From NCBI GenBank assembly GCA_963976765.1, contig CAXBME010000016.1:124001-188000 (forward strand): DNA of 64,000 nt, given 5' to 3'. The notes under the pieces were generated by a model, which searched no databases, was not told the DNA's origin, and saw only the letters and a program-made list of their open reading frames with translations. Every line of letters starts with the position of its first letter. The first letter of the stretch is position 1. Positions 16,256 to 26,942 of this stretch are shown piece by piece. Made by a program: the position numbers and the translations under genes. The stretch comes from an uncultured Planctomycetaceae bacterium (GTDB lineage Bacteria; Planctomycetota; Planctomycetia; Planctomycetales; Planctomycetaceae).

Positions 16256-18079
16256 TTACTTCTTCGTCAGCCTGAAAGCGCCGTCCCAGTCGGCGGGGAC
16301 TTCGAAATTCGTCAGCTCCATCTGGTTCAAGACGAACTGTGTCGGACCGTCGTAAGCGCGGAACTCGGAAAGCAGCTCGACAGCGTCGCTCCATTTTCCA
16401 TCGAGCACCGCGTCAACGCCTTCTTCGAACCGTGCGATCATCTCGTCGCAAACAGTCGGGTCATGCCTGAAAGACGGCAGGAGCTGGTAGACGGTCAACG
16501 GGGTATCCATTCCGGCTGGTCGAATTCGAGCCATGCGACGCACGCGTGCTTCGTCTTTCGGCATGAATGTCTGAACGTATTCGGCGGTGGTTTCGTCAAT
16601 GCAGATCGGTACTCCAAACTGCTTGGTCAGTCCTTCAAAACGTGACCCCTGATTGACGACCGGACCGAACACTCCAATCTTGGCCTGTTTTTCCGTGCCG
16701 ATTTCACCTGCAATGGCTCTGCCATGCGCGATACCGATGCCAACACTGAAGCCGTCGAGCATCCCGTCACAGTTCAGCTTATTCTCAAACGCGTCGACAA
16801 TGGCGAGCGCTGCTCGACAGGCCGGCACTGGCCCTTCCGGAAGCGGCATCGGCCAGCCCCAGAACCCAAGAGCCGCGTCGCCCTGGAAGTCGGCGATGGC
16901 TCCATCACTTTCGACGATTCCGTTAGCCATCAGCCCGAGTGCTTTTTTTACAGTGGCCAGCAACTGAAAGAGGTCGTCCTTCAGCAGCTCTGACTTTCGC
17001 GAGAAGCCACGGACGTCACAAAACAACACGCTGATGTCCTGCTGCGCGGGACTCAACGACGTCGCTCCCTTGCCAAGCAGACTGTCCATGATGCGCGGCG
17101 AGAAGAACGAACTGAGTTGCGTTTTCTGCTCTTCCAGCATGCGGACGTGGCGAATGGAGCCGATAAACTGCGCGACCAGCTCGACGAATCGCAGGTCGCC
17201 TTTCAGTACGTCCTCGTCTATGAAGACGCCAGAATTCTCGCTGCCCTGACCGGAAACATAGAGGCACCAGCCGCCTTCGTTATCAGCCACGATCGGTGTG
17301 CAGAACGCCCAGTCCAGACTGCCGCTGACGGTGAACTGTCCATTACCTTCCTCGCCATCCCAGATGTGCAGGACGCTTTTTCCGGTCTGCAGGGCGGAGC
17401 TGATCATGCGACGACTCGGCTTGAATCGTCCTTCGTAATCATCGCGAGTGGCAACCCGCATCATCGCCGGCTTTGACGGATCAAACCCGGAAGCCAGTGG
17501 ATTCTCAAGGTTCTCTGAAAGATCGCCTTCGTAGCGCATGACTGCTGTGGCGACTCCAGCCGGAATCGTCTCCAGCAGCACATCCACCAGCGTGCCTGCC
17601 AATGCTTCGTCGGAAGTTGAACCGGTAATCATTTTCGGCAGGCGAGCCAGCATGTCCATTTGCCGAATCGGATCGCTGAATTGAAACTCGTTCAGCTCGT
17701 CAGACTGATAAGTCTGCAGACCCGCAAGCGGCTCATCCTCAGAGATATCCATGTCGGAAGACGATTCTGAAGCCGCTTCTCCGACAAGTCGGAACTTTGT
17801 CGCTCCGATCAGAAACTCTCCACCAACATCGATCTTCAACTCGCGGAACGATTCACCGTTGATGACGATCGAGTTCGTAGCTTTCTCCATACACCGCACC
17901 TGCAACTGGCCGTTGTGCCATCGCAGCTGAGCATGTTCGCGAGAGATCAGCCGGTCCCAGTTGACGACCCAATCATTTTGCGGGGCTCGTCCTAATCTGA
18001 ATACGGCATCACTATCCAGTGACCGAACTGAGCATTGGCTGTCGTCTATGCCGAGTGCCTGAAGTTCTACCGTCATCAA
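16256..18079 (-). CDS. FHA-domain class III adenylate/guanylate cyclase
   Basis: LGRAP...ISREHA (FHA); VLFCDVRGFS, FQGDAALGFW, GIGIAHG, VFGPVVNQGSRFEG. Confidence 0.9.
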   Translation of the reverse strand: MMTVELQALGIDDSQCSVRSLDSDAVFRLGRAPQNDWVVNWDRLISREHAQLRWHNGQLQVRCMEKATNSIVINGESFRELKIDVGGEFLIGATKFRLVGEAASESSSDMDISEDEPLAGLQTYQSDELNEFQFSDPIRQMDMLARLPKMITGSTSDEALAGTLVDVLLETIPAGVATAVMRYEGDLSENLENPLASGFDPSKPAMMRVATRDDYEGRFKPSRRMISSALQTGKSVLHIWDGEEGNGQFTVSGSLDWAFCTPIVADNEGGWCLYVSGQGSENSGVFIDEDVLKGDLRFVELVAQFIGSIRHVRMLEEQKTQLSSFFSPRIMDSLLGKGATSLSPAQQDISVLFCDVRGFSRKSELLKDDLFQLLATVKKALGLMANGIVESDGAIADFQGDAALGFWGWPMPLPEGPVPACRAALAIVDAFENKLNCDGMLDGFSVGIGIAHGRAIAGEIGTEKQAKIGVFGPVVNQGSRFEGLTKQFGVPICIDETTAEYVQTFMPKDEARVRRMARIRPAGMDTPLTVYQLLPSFRHDPTVCDEMIARFEEGVDAVLDGKWSDAVELLSEFRAYDGPTQFVLNQMELTNFEVPADWDGAFRLTKK

Positions 18080-18435
18080 CTGTCACTCCAAAGAGTTCGA
18101 ATTCCGTGGGCCCGCCAGCGTGCCGTTTATTCATCAAATGATCAGGAACGGATCGACCAGCAGTTCTGCAGCGAGAAAGCTCGCGCGAGACTTGAGTGCC
18201 TGGAAGATAGGTCGGAGTTGGTAAGACGGACGGATCGTGCCCCTCTGAATGTCCCGTTGAAGTCTTTCTCCTCACAACGTCAGACCTACGACCGGCTAAC
18301 TGGCAGAATCGAGCGCGACACTTCCAGCGGAACAGCCCTCAGAACTGCACTTTTCCGCGTGGATGGACGCCGTTGCCCCGGTCGATTCCAATGCCGGTTG
18401 TGACGACAAATTGCGTCTGACCAAAACCGGTATCG

Positions 18436-19737
18436 TTGATTGAGAATTCTGAAGGCGCCCACGTGCAACCTGCGGGTCTGATTCTAATTTGCATAACCTG
18501 CTCAGTGATCACGGTCCTGACCGAGTCACTGGAAACGATGATGCTCGCCTGCGCCGCGAGCCTTCTGGCAGTGTCCAGGCTGCGTACGAAAACTCGTTCC
18601 GAAGAACAGTCGTTCGACACACGATTGAAAGAACGTCTGATTGACAGGATCTGCAGTCAACGGCAGAGTCGCCAGGTCACCGACATCTTCAGCTTCTTCT
18701 GCCTCGCCACTGGCATCGCTCTGCTGGGAACTCTCGGAGGCAGCACTTCTCTTGCAACAATCCGCGAGGCACTGACAGCAAGCTATCGACCGGAACGTCT
18801 TGATCTGCTGGTCGGAGACGGATCAATTCTTGGCATTGCATCCATCGTTCTGTTCTTCGTGGGCAACGCGGCCGCGTTTGGACTTTTTCCGTTGCACGGC
18901 GTTGTGCAGAACACGTTCGAATCGGCACCTGCCGGAATCGCCGGGGCAACGGCTTTGCTGCAACGCGTTCAAGCGGCGGTCGTACTCTGGAAAACCGCGA
19001 TCTCGTCCATGCCGGGTTTCGAATCAACCACACAATTGATGTGCGTTGTCTTTGGATCGTGCTCCTGTCTGGCAGGATCGGTACTGACTTGTCGAAGCGA
19101 CGCGATCCGCAGTTTCGCTGGCAATCTGTGGATCACATGGGGAGGCGTCGTGCTTATTGCCGCTGCGTCGGGAAATCCCGTCGAATCTGCACGAAACACA
19201 CCGACGGCCTGGCACTTCCCGACTGGCCTTGAGACAGCTGCATTCTCATTGCTGGCCTCGGCGTTCGCCGTTGGACTGATGCTCGCCGCCGAGCAATGGT
19301 TGAGCAACGAAAGCCGCTCGATCAATTTTGCTGAGGACGTGACTGGACTCGGGCAGCAGCGAAGTTCATCAGCTTTCGCCATCGCGTGCTCACTGTTGAC
19401 CCTGTCGGCGATCCCCCCTTTGCCCGGATTCTGGTGCGTTGCGTTTCTGGCCGGAAACGCCTTCCTACCCGGTGTCGAATCGACGGAAGGAGCCGCGTTA
19501 GTCCCGAATCTTGCCGTTCTGGCTTCCGCAATCGTCGTACTGGTCTCACTCTTGACCGTGTCCGCTCGGTCTATCCGGTTTCTGAGTCTGATGTTTCATC
19601 ACGAACCCATCCGCCGATTCGACATCAGCGGTGGGAAGCTCTCGATTTTCATCGGTCTGAGCGTTTCTGGAATCCTTCTCTGGAGCGGACTTTATGTCGG
19701 GACCGTACTGGCCTGGCTCCACCGACTGCCTTTTTGA
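18436..19737 (+). CDS. Divergent NuoN/MrpD-like membrane protein
   Basis: Multi-TM; GLFPLHG...ESAP, LLTLSAIPPLPGFW. Confidence 0.7.
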   Translation: MIENSEGAHVQPAGLILICITCSVITVLTESLETMMLACAASLLAVSRLRTKTRSEEQSFDTRLKERLIDRICSQRQSRQVTDIFSFFCLATGIALLGTLGGSTSLATIREALTASYRPERLDLLVGDGSILGIASIVLFFVGNAAAFGLFPLHGVVQNTFESAPAGIAGATALLQRVQAAVVLWKTAISSMPGFESTTQLMCVVFGSCSCLAGSVLTCRSDAIRSFAGNLWITWGGVVLIAAASGNPVESARNTPTAWHFPTGLETAAFSLLASAFAVGLMLAAEQWLSNESRSINFAEDVTGLGQQRSSSAFAIACSLLTLSAIPPLPGFWCVAFLAGNAFLPGVESTEGAALVPNLAVLASAIVVLVSLLTVSARSIRFLSLMFHHEPIRRFDISGGKLSIFIGLSVSGILLWSGLYVGTVLAWLHRLPF

Positions 19738-20063
19738 CGTTGCCAGTCAGCATGGATGGCTGCACTCGCCTCCTGGACCATCGAAAAAAAAGGGGGCAGA
19801 GGCCCGGTTGTATCAATATTTCGACCTTGCAGGAGCCCCGCGAAAGGCATCGCCCGGCCAGATCCGGTCATTTACCGACGAATTGAGGAATCAGCGGCGC
19901 GGCAGGTGCCGATCCTTTCGCTCGATGCTTTATTCAATTCTTTTTTGAGTGGCACCGCGATTCTTTGCCCGGTATCGGCTACAGTCCCCTCGAAGGCAAT
20001 TGGAATTACGTGAATGTATCACGCACTGAAGGTTGCGAAATTTTGAAAAACTGGACAGAAGAA

Positions 20064-20261
20064 ATGGCAGAAGGCACGATCAAACGGATCATGGACAAGG
20101 GTTTTGGATTCATCGACCAGGGAAATGGCAAGGATATTTTCTTCCATAGTTCCGCAGTCGCTGGTGGCGGATTCGACCAGCTCTATGAAGGACAGAAGGT
20201 TTCTTACACAGTCGGCTCAGGTCCTAAAGGACCTTGCGCTGAAAACGTCGAATCTGTCTAA
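20064..20261 (+). CDS. Cold-shock domain protein
   Basis: MAEGTIKRIMDKGFGFI (RNP1), DIFFHSS (RNP2), GPKGPCAENV. Confidence 0.95.
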   Translation: MAEGTIKRIMDKGFGFIDQGNGKDIFFHSSAVAGGGFDQLYEGQKVSYTVGSGPKGPCAENVESV

Positions 20262-20298
20262 ACGCTGCTGGCTGTTCGCCAGTCATTCAAGCTGACAG

Positions 20299-20334
20299 AA
20301 GCACCGGGCGACAACTTCGCCCGGTGCTTGTTTT
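20299..20334 (+). terminator. Intrinsic terminator after csp
   Basis: AAGCACCGGGCG-acaactt-CGCCCGGTGCTT-GTTTT. Confidence 0.8.
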
Positions 20335-20490
20335 GCGCTGACCGATCACGCTCAAGCTTACCGGCAAGCCACTGAAAGAATCGTTCTTAAATCAACTGTG
20401 GAGTTTTTCAGAAATCAGCAGTTTCGGTTCACTATTAAATCACCCGCAGCCGCGTGCGGATTCGAGTCCACGTTCGTTGGAAGAAGCCGT

Positions 20491-20769
20491 ATGCATAATC
20501 GAAAACCGACGCCGCTGTTCGAGCCTCGGGAACGAAAACGTTGCCCGGTATGTTCCGAAATCTCGTACTCTTCTGCCGGAATCCATCCTCAATGCGCCGT
20601 TCATCAGTCTGATGCGAAGCGGATGGAAGCCGTTAAGCTGAAAAAGCAAACGTCAATTCCTCAGCCGTCAGTCGGCGAGAAGCAATGGCAGAAAACCTGT
20701 TCAAAGTGCAAAGCCGTTGTGCATGTCAGGCGAAAGGTTTGCGACTGCGGACAAAGCTTCCCGGGATAG
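20491..20769 (+). CDS. Small double zinc-ribbon protein
   Basis: CPVC...HPQC and CSKC...CDC. Confidence 0.7.
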   Translation: MHNRKPTPLFEPRERKRCPVCSEISYSSAGIHPQCAVHQSDAKRMEAVKLKKQTSIPQPSVGEKQWQKTCSKCKAVVHVRRKVCDCGQSFPG

Positions 20770-20828
20770 TCGCGCGAAGCTGCCCATAAGCTCTTGCCAG
20801 CTCGATCTGGAACGGCAGATGCCGAGAC

Positions 20829-22325
20829 CTATGGCCTGGCAACGTCGACATCCAGCGGATAAATCGGTCGACGAATCTTTTGAAAGTCAAAAGCAGCCAG
20901 GTCCGGTCGGTGAATTCCCGGCGTGTCAGCATCGAAGATCCGACTCGCCAGCGGACCAAAGTCTGCTCGAAAGTGGACGGCACTTTTTAGCACCAGCAGA
21001 CGCCGACCGGTTGGATCGACACCAGCGATCCTCAGCATTTCCGCGTCGAAACATTGCCGACGCTGTGAGGAAACAACGACTTCAACACCGCCAACGATCA
21101 GAGTCGCTGTCAGTCCAAGATTGTCCTGAACGCCCTGCATCATGGGACCGCGATAGGTGTATTTCCCGTCAGAAAGCACTCGCACATAGGCTTCCCGTTC
21201 GACCGGTGCTCCGTGCAGATTGTCCGTCTTACCACCAAGCCGGACGTGAATTGTTGCGCCGACTCCAGCGCGATGAGCATGAGCTGCGGTTTCCGGGTCA
21301 AAGATGACTCCGACGGCCCCACCTTGAAAGCCGGCATCGATCATGGCCTGCAGAGCGATGGTCCCGTCGCACGGCGCACCGCCGCCAGGGTTGTCGGATC
21401 CGTCCGCAAAAATCACAAGTCCGGCCTCAGGGTACTCGTTGACGTGGGCGATGACGTCCTCAATCGTTGTCAGCTCTGGCTGAAGTTCGTCTCGAAGCTC
21501 CCATAGCCAGCCCGCCAGTTCGTCCGCTTTTGCGCGAGCCAGATCCGCATTACCGTCCGTCGTCACAAGAATCGACACTCCGGTATCGTGAATGTCGGCG
21601 AACGGAAATCCCATCGCGACGGTGGCCGTCAGGACATCCGGCTCCTGCTCCATCTGATGAACGCGTTCCATCAGGTACTGCATGGGATCTCGAAGCGTGC
21701 ACTGTTTCGGCGGAAGCGTAATCAGCGGAAGCTGTCGGAATTCCTGAATCGGAGTCACCTCGCCCTTCACGATCCTCGCGATCAACTCTGCGGCCTCGTG
21801 ACCTCGTTCGCTCATGTCGACGTGGGGGTAAGTGTCGAATCCGATGATCACGTCAGCCAGTTCGGCCATTTGTGCCGTGATATTTGCATGCAGATCCAGC
21901 GTCACGACGATTGGCATCGTCGAGCCAACCACGTCGCGCACCGCCGCGATAAAAGCACCTTCAGCGTCTTCGTGGTGCTCAGCGACCATCGCTCCGTGCA
22001 GATCGAGCAGCACGCCGTCAAACGGCTTTGCCTTTTCCAGTCTTTCCAGAAACCAGCGGAGCATGGTTTCGAACGCTGCTTCCTCGACCAGCCCCGACGG
22101 CTGAGCGCGAGCACACAGCAGCGGAACAAGTTCAAAACCTGCTGACTCAGCTCCGGAAATGTAGCCACCGTGGATCGAACCGGTGCTTCGAAATCGCTCG
22201 AAGATCGTATCGCCGCCCGCAAGCATTTCTCCGCAATTGCTGTCCCGCACAAAGTCGGCCAGCGTCGTGGGAGTTTTCGAAAACGTGTTCGTTTCGTGTT
22301 GCACGCCTCCGCTGGCAATTCGCAT
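20829..22325 (-). CDS. M81 (MlrC-like) metallopeptidase
   Basis: HETNTFS, LLDLHGAM, TLDLHANIT, TYPHVD, DNPGGG, LKSAVHFRADF; AGGAG RBS favours start 22325. Confidence 0.92.
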   Translation of the reverse strand: MRIASGGVQHETNTFSKTPTTLADFVRDSNCGEMLAGGDTIFERFRSTGSIHGGYISGAESAGFELVPLLCARAQPSGLVEEAAFETMLRWFLERLEKAKPFDGVLLDLHGAMVAEHHEDAEGAFIAAVRDVVGSTMPIVVTLDLHANITAQMAELADVIIGFDTYPHVDMSERGHEAAELIARIVKGEVTPIQEFRQLPLITLPPKQCTLRDPMQYLMERVHQMEQEPDVLTATVAMGFPFADIHDTGVSILVTTDGNADLARAKADELAGWLWELRDELQPELTTIEDVIAHVNEYPEAGLVIFADGSDNPGGGAPCDGTIALQAMIDAGFQGGAVGVIFDPETAAHAHRAGVGATIHVRLGGKTDNLHGAPVEREAYVRVLSDGKYTYRGPMMQGVQDNLGLTATLIVGGVEVVVSSQRRQCFDAEMLRIAGVDPTGRRLLVLKSAVHFRADFGPLASRIFDADTPGIHRPDLAAFDFQKIRRPIYPLDVDVARP

Positions 22326-22471
22326 CAAATCACTCCTCTCGAGCATTCAGAAACACGCTGAACTTCTGAAATACAACCCGTAAAAACTTGATCCGCGAAA
22401 AACGCACCATCGACATGCCAGGACAACGCTGCTCGCGTTCCAGCGAGCGAGCATCTCAACACTCGTCTGAG

Positions 22472-23386
22472 TCAGTTTGTGTTTACTGACTCGTCCAACA
22501 AGCCTTGAAACTTCAGCCAGTCGCCAAGTCGGTGATGCCAGGTCGAGATCGGCTTGTCCGATGGTCGAATGCCATAACCGTGCCCGCCTTTTGAGTAGAT
22601 ATGCAGCTCAGCAGGGACGTTGGCAACTTTCAGCTCGACGAAAAACAGTGCCGCCAGCGAGCCTCGATGTGTATCGTCCGCCGTGACTGCCATAAACGTT
22701 GGAGGCGTCTGAGCGTCCACCTTGACGAGTGGTCCCAGTTCCGGGGCGTTGTCTTTGTAATCCGGACCGAGGTACGCCGCATAAATCGGACACATGAAAT
22801 CCGGACGGCAACTCAGGTCGTCCGCGTCGTCAATTCGGCCGTAAGCGGCCTTCTGCCAGTGCATGCCGGTCATCGCTGTCAGGTGTCCGCCAGCCGAGAA
22901 CCCAAGAATGCCGACTCGTCCTGGATCAACTCCCCAGGCTTCAGCGTTGTGGCGAACCAGTCGAATCGCACGTTGAGCGTCCTGCAACGGTTCGACGTGC
23001 GGAGCTTCCGGATCGCGGCGAGGAACCCGGTACTTCAACACCGCTGCCGTTACGCCGATCGAGTTGAACCATTCAGCAACTTCCAGCCCCTCTTTGGGCC
23101 ACGCCAGAATGTTGTACCCACCGCCTGGGCAGATCACGACGGCACAACCATTGGCAGTTTCTTTGGGAGCCTGATAGACGGTGATTGACGGAGTCTCGAC
23201 ATAATAAATTCGTTCTTCGGTAAGCTTGCCGTTCAGCTCTTCGACCCGTCCAGCATCGACAGGCTTCGCCCCGGCAGGCAGGCCATCCGGCCAGATTGCA
23301 ATCTCTGGGCGACCGGCCACACAAACGGCCTGGCTCGCGGAAGTTAACAGAAGCAATGTGGCTATTAAGATCGCTGGTCTCATCAC
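22472..23386 (-). CDS. Exported alpha/beta hydrolase (esterase)
   Basis: Signal peptide; CPGGGY, GFSAGG, GGHGYG. Confidence 0.92.
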   Translation of the reverse strand: MMRPAILIATLLLLTSASQAVCVAGRPEIAIWPDGLPAGAKPVDAGRVEELNGKLTEERIYYVETPSITVYQAPKETANGCAVVICPGGGYNILAWPKEGLEVAEWFNSIGVTAAVLKYRVPRRDPEAPHVEPLQDAQRAIRLVRHNAEAWGVDPGRVGILGFSAGGHLTAMTGMHWQKAAYGRIDDADDLSCRPDFMCPIYAAYLGPDYKDNAPELGPLVKVDAQTPPTFMAVTADDTHRGSLAALFFVELKVANVPAELHIYSKGGHGYGIRPSDKPISTWHHRLGDWLKFQGLLDESVNTN

Positions 23387-23595
23387 AGTGGTTCCTGATT
23401 GGAATGACGGTTCAGGTGAGGGCTCACGTGAGCCTGGTTCGTTGCTCGACGGGCGTGACCGAAGTTACACGAGAACCGTTGTCGCGGAAAGGATGCCTGC
23501 ACGACAGCGGCGACTCTGCCCCGCGCCAAACAGAGCGGCGATGGCGGCGGCCCATGCTGTCAACCTTGCGGCGACAAAACCCGTCCACAGAATGC

Positions 23596-23627
23596 AAAAG
23601 GCCCGATGGAACAACTCCACCGGGCCT
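23596..23627 (-). terminator. Probable terminator of the secretin-lipoprotein pair
   Basis: AGGCCCGaTGGA/TCCAcCGGGCCT stem with an A-run on its left (U-tail on the minus strand). Confidence 0.55.
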
Positions 23628-23653
23628 CGTTCGTCATCGTTCGACGGAGAGGG

Positions 23654-24241
23654 TTAGAAACCGGTCCCGCCCCCACCGCCACCACCGCCGCCACCACCGC
23701 CGCCACCGCCACCGCTTCCACCATTTCGGTTATTGTTGTTGTTCAGGAAGCGGTAGTACGCCGCCTGAGCTTCGTCCCCGTTGAGTCCGGGAGCGTACGA
23801 CTGCGAGACAACAACTCGCGACTGGGCGTTGGGAATCCCCATCTGTGAAAGCATCATCGCGACCATCTGTCGGCGATGTTGATCGATTTCCGGATCTGAG
23901 TTGTTCTCAGATCGCTCGATCAGAATCGGGAACGGGGCACTGCGTGCTCGCGCGGCGATTTCGAGAAGGTGATCAAGACCGAACGCATTCAGTTCGCCGG
24001 TAAAGTCGACAAACTCGTTGCGGTGCATAATGAAATCGAAGGCTTCGCCGTTCGTTTCCATCTGGTGGTAATGCGTGCGAACAATGCTTCCCAACGGATA
24101 CTTGTCGGGAATCGACAGAGACCTCCGCATGGCCAGCGTTGTTGGAACAAACTGAAGTGTTGGCTTGATACAGCCAACAGTGCTCAGCACACACACAACC
24201 GTCAGGCCTGGTACAAGGCTTCTGGCGTGTCTTAGTATCAT
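23654..24241 (-). CDS. Hypothetical lipoprotein with poly-N/poly-G tail
   Basis: Lipobox-like TVGC; ends NNNNNRNGGSG(15)TGF. Confidence 0.75.
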   Translation of the reverse strand: MILRHARSLVPGLTVVCVLSTVGCIKPTLQFVPTTLAMRRSLSIPDKYPLGSIVRTHYHQMETNGEAFDFIMHRNEFVDFTGELNAFGLDHLLEIAARARSAPFPILIERSENNSDPEIDQHRRQMVAMMLSQMGIPNAQSRVVVSQSYAPGLNGDEAQAAYYRFLNNNNNRNGGSGGGGGGGGGGGGGGGGTGF

Positions 24242-24349
24242 CGAATCCCCCCCGTCTCTGGTAAGTCACCGGACTCGCGACCGCGATTGGCCTGTGCTCC
24301 GGATAATCTTCTACTTGACGCCTTCCCTCGCTGACGCGGTTCCCTGCCG

Positions 24350-26608
24350 TCAGTATTGTCTCTGTTGTCTCATCTGCATTTGCTGCTGCTGTCTCTGACG
24401 CTGCACCGCCAGACTCTCAGCCCCCAGCCTACCATCCGTGCCAGTCTGCAGGCTTGGAGTGGTCGCGTTTGTTTGCCTCAGTGCTGGATTTCTTTGTTGA
24501 GAGTCCCGGCTACCGGTCAACCAGCTCGCCACTTTGACTCGCTGTTGCGGCTCCTGATACCCGACCTGCTGAATCCCGCCCATCTGCTGAACCGGCTGCC
24601 CCATTGATGGATCGGCCATCGGCTGGATCGCTCCGCCAGGTGCCATCTGCGGCTGCATCTGTGGTTGCATTTGAGGTTGAACCGGGAACTGCTGGACACC
24701 CTGCTGAGGTGCAACCGGCGGACCTGGGTAAACGGCTCCAGGCTGTGCCTGGTAGCCACCATAGCCTGGAGCGCTGACCTGATAGTTACCAAACCCGCCA
24801 CCACCCATTGGCATTGGACTGCTGAATGTTGACGGGTTAAATGGGCGGTAACCAATCTCGGTCGCATAGCCAGGCCCCCATCCGTAAGGGTTAAGCTGGT
24901 ACACGCCCTGATCGGGGTACCCTTCTGTTTTCGCATAGGCATACAGCTCGATGTCGTTTGGTGCTGTCACATAGAAACCCGGATATGGAGGCACTTCGTC
25001 GGCTTCCATCGGATGAACAAGTTCCGGAGTCACGGTAATCAGCAACTCGTTCTCCCCCTGATCTGCATTCTTCGAATTAAAGAGTGCCGGCCCGATAACT
25101 GGCAACTCCCCAAGGAACGGGATGCGATTGACTTCGCTTGTCATCGTCATCCCAAACAGACCTGCCAGGACAATGGTCTGCCCCTCACGCAATTTGACCG
25201 TCGTTGTCACTCGGCGAGAGTCAAGCCCCGGAACACCACCGCTGCCGCCACTGGCACTGAGCTGACTGTACTCAGGTGTGATATCCATCTTGATATAGTC
25301 TTTGTCGATCACTTCAGGTCGAACCAGCAGCGAAGTACCGTACCCTCGGAACGACGTCGAGGTACCTTGAGCCCCACCGACGCCGACAATCGTTGGCACA
25401 GGAAACTCACCACCTGACAGGAAGCTCGCCTGATGACCACTCAACACGGTCAGCGTCGGCGAGGCCAGAATCTTGGCCGTCCGGTTACCGGCCAGCCAGT
25501 TGATCAGCAGATTGACTTCACCATTCTCGAAGACTCCTGTCAGCGCTCCACCAGCACCGCCCAGCGACGAAGCCAGGAAGTGACGTCCGTTATTGACGAG
25601 TCCGTCCAGGTCAACTCCTAATGTCCGCAACTGCCCGCGACTGAGTTCAGCAACCGTCACGTGAATCATGATCTGATGATTCCCTGGAACTTCCAGCAGG
25701 TTCACAATGGGATCATTGTTATTATTGTTGTTATTGTCGTTGTTGACGTTATTTCCATTGTTAATGCCGGCGCCTCCAAATCCTCCGCCAACTCCACCAT
25801 ATCCCCCCGCAGCACCGAACCCGGCGTAGTTTCCGAAGGCCGCGTAATACGAAGCGCGAACGATCTGAAGAATTCGGGCAGCCTCTTCAGCATCGCGTGC
25901 CTGGCCCTTAACGATCAGTCGCTGCTGAAGCGGAATCAAAAAAACCTTGCTGTTTGGAAACAGGATTCGAAGCTGCTTTTCGAGCTTTCCAAAATCGTTG
26001 CGAAGACGATCTTCGAAGGTCGGATCAGGAATGACTTCCACCAGGTAAATCAGAGGGTCCCGGCTATTGTCGAACCACAAGGTCAGCGTCGTGGTTCCCA
26101 GGTTCATGCCGATGATGCCGATTTCGTTCGGACTGTACTGAACAACGTCGACAACCGACGGATCTGCAATCGCGATGCGGGCAATCGGGGCACGGGCCAC
26201 CATTAACTGGCTACGGCGATGGATGATCTCCATCTCTTCCTGAATGTCAGGCATTTCAGAAATCGCATACGGCAGCGGCTTTTTCGGCTTTGTATCGTCG
26301 GCCGTGATCCGCTGCGTCAATTGAATGCGAGACTGATTGCCCTGTGCCCCGCCATAGGGGGCACCAGACTGCGCCTGAATCTTTCCTGGCGGAACCAGGC
26401 AGACACAGCCCAGAACAAGCAGTGACAGAATTGTATTTTTCATCATTGAGTCGTCGCTTCCAGAGAGTCTCATAAGTGACCTCGACATCTGAAGCTGCTC
26501 CAGCATCAAAAATGCGTTCGACCAAACCGTAAAACCGATCTGGCTCCCAGAGCACCGAGGAGCTGAATTTGACGATTGGTAAATCATCACATCCCGCGCA
26601 GCCCCCAC
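24350..26608 (-). CDS. cpaC: Tad/Flp pilus secretin (CpaC/RcpA family); start probably 26446
   Basis: IARIAIADPSVVDV, GTTTLTLW, ILASPTLTVLSGHQASFLSGGEFPVP, IPFLGELPVIGPALF, ELLITVTPELV. Confidence 0.88.
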   Translation of the reverse strand: MGAARDVMIYQSSNSAPRCSGSQIGFTVWSNAFLMLEQLQMSRSLMRLSGSDDSMMKNTILSLLVLGCVCLVPPGKIQAQSGAPYGGAQGNQSRIQLTQRITADDTKPKKPLPYAISEMPDIQEEMEIIHRRSQLMVARAPIARIAIADPSVVDVVQYSPNEIGIIGMNLGTTTLTLWFDNSRDPLIYLVEVIPDPTFEDRLRNDFGKLEKQLRILFPNSKVFLIPLQQRLIVKGQARDAEEAARILQIVRASYYAAFGNYAGFGAAGGYGGVGGGFGGAGINNGNNVNNDNNNNNNNDPIVNLLEVPGNHQIMIHVTVAELSRGQLRTLGVDLDGLVNNGRHFLASSLGGAGGALTGVFENGEVNLLINWLAGNRTAKILASPTLTVLSGHQASFLSGGEFPVPTIVGVGGAQGTSTSFRGYGTSLLVRPEVIDKDYIKMDITPEYSQLSASGGSGGVPGLDSRRVTTTVKLREGQTIVLAGLFGMTMTSEVNRIPFLGELPVIGPALFNSKNADQGENELLITVTPELVHPMEADEVPPYPGFYVTAPNDIELYAYAKTEGYPDQGVYQLNPYGWGPGYATEIGYRPFNPSTFSSPMPMGGGGFGNYQVSAPGYGGYQAQPGAVYPGPPVAPQQGVQQFPVQPQMQPQMQPQMAPGGAIQPMADPSMGQPVQQMGGIQQVGYQEPQQRVKVASWLTGSRDSQQRNPALRQTNATTPSLQTGTDGRLGAESLAVQRQRQQQQMQMRQQRQY

Positions 26609-26942
26609 GGCGTGGTTTAAACTTTATCGGTTAGAACGATTCCCCGAATTGAAGCGGAAGTGCGGGTTTTTCCGTTTTACACTCGCCCGAGCGCCATTTG
26701 GCAGCAACCCGACAGGCAAAACAGGCAACCTGTGAAGACTGGTACGACACCGTCTGCAAAAACAGGAAGCCTGCACAACTTACACGCTTTCCGAAAAAGT
26801 CATCGACCGCCCTGGAGGCGAGAACTTCTGCCACGCCCGTCAGAATGATTCGCCACCGAAGAAGAAGTTGCGTACGCTCGCCAGAACTGAGGTCCGCAAC
26901 GGAGTCTCTCGACGAGAACGCTTGATTGATCGGAAACCGAAG

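Noticed and set aside
20829..22325. Microcystin degradation locus
   Set aside because: M81 peptidases are widespread and no mlrA, mlrB or mlrD genes are adjacent.
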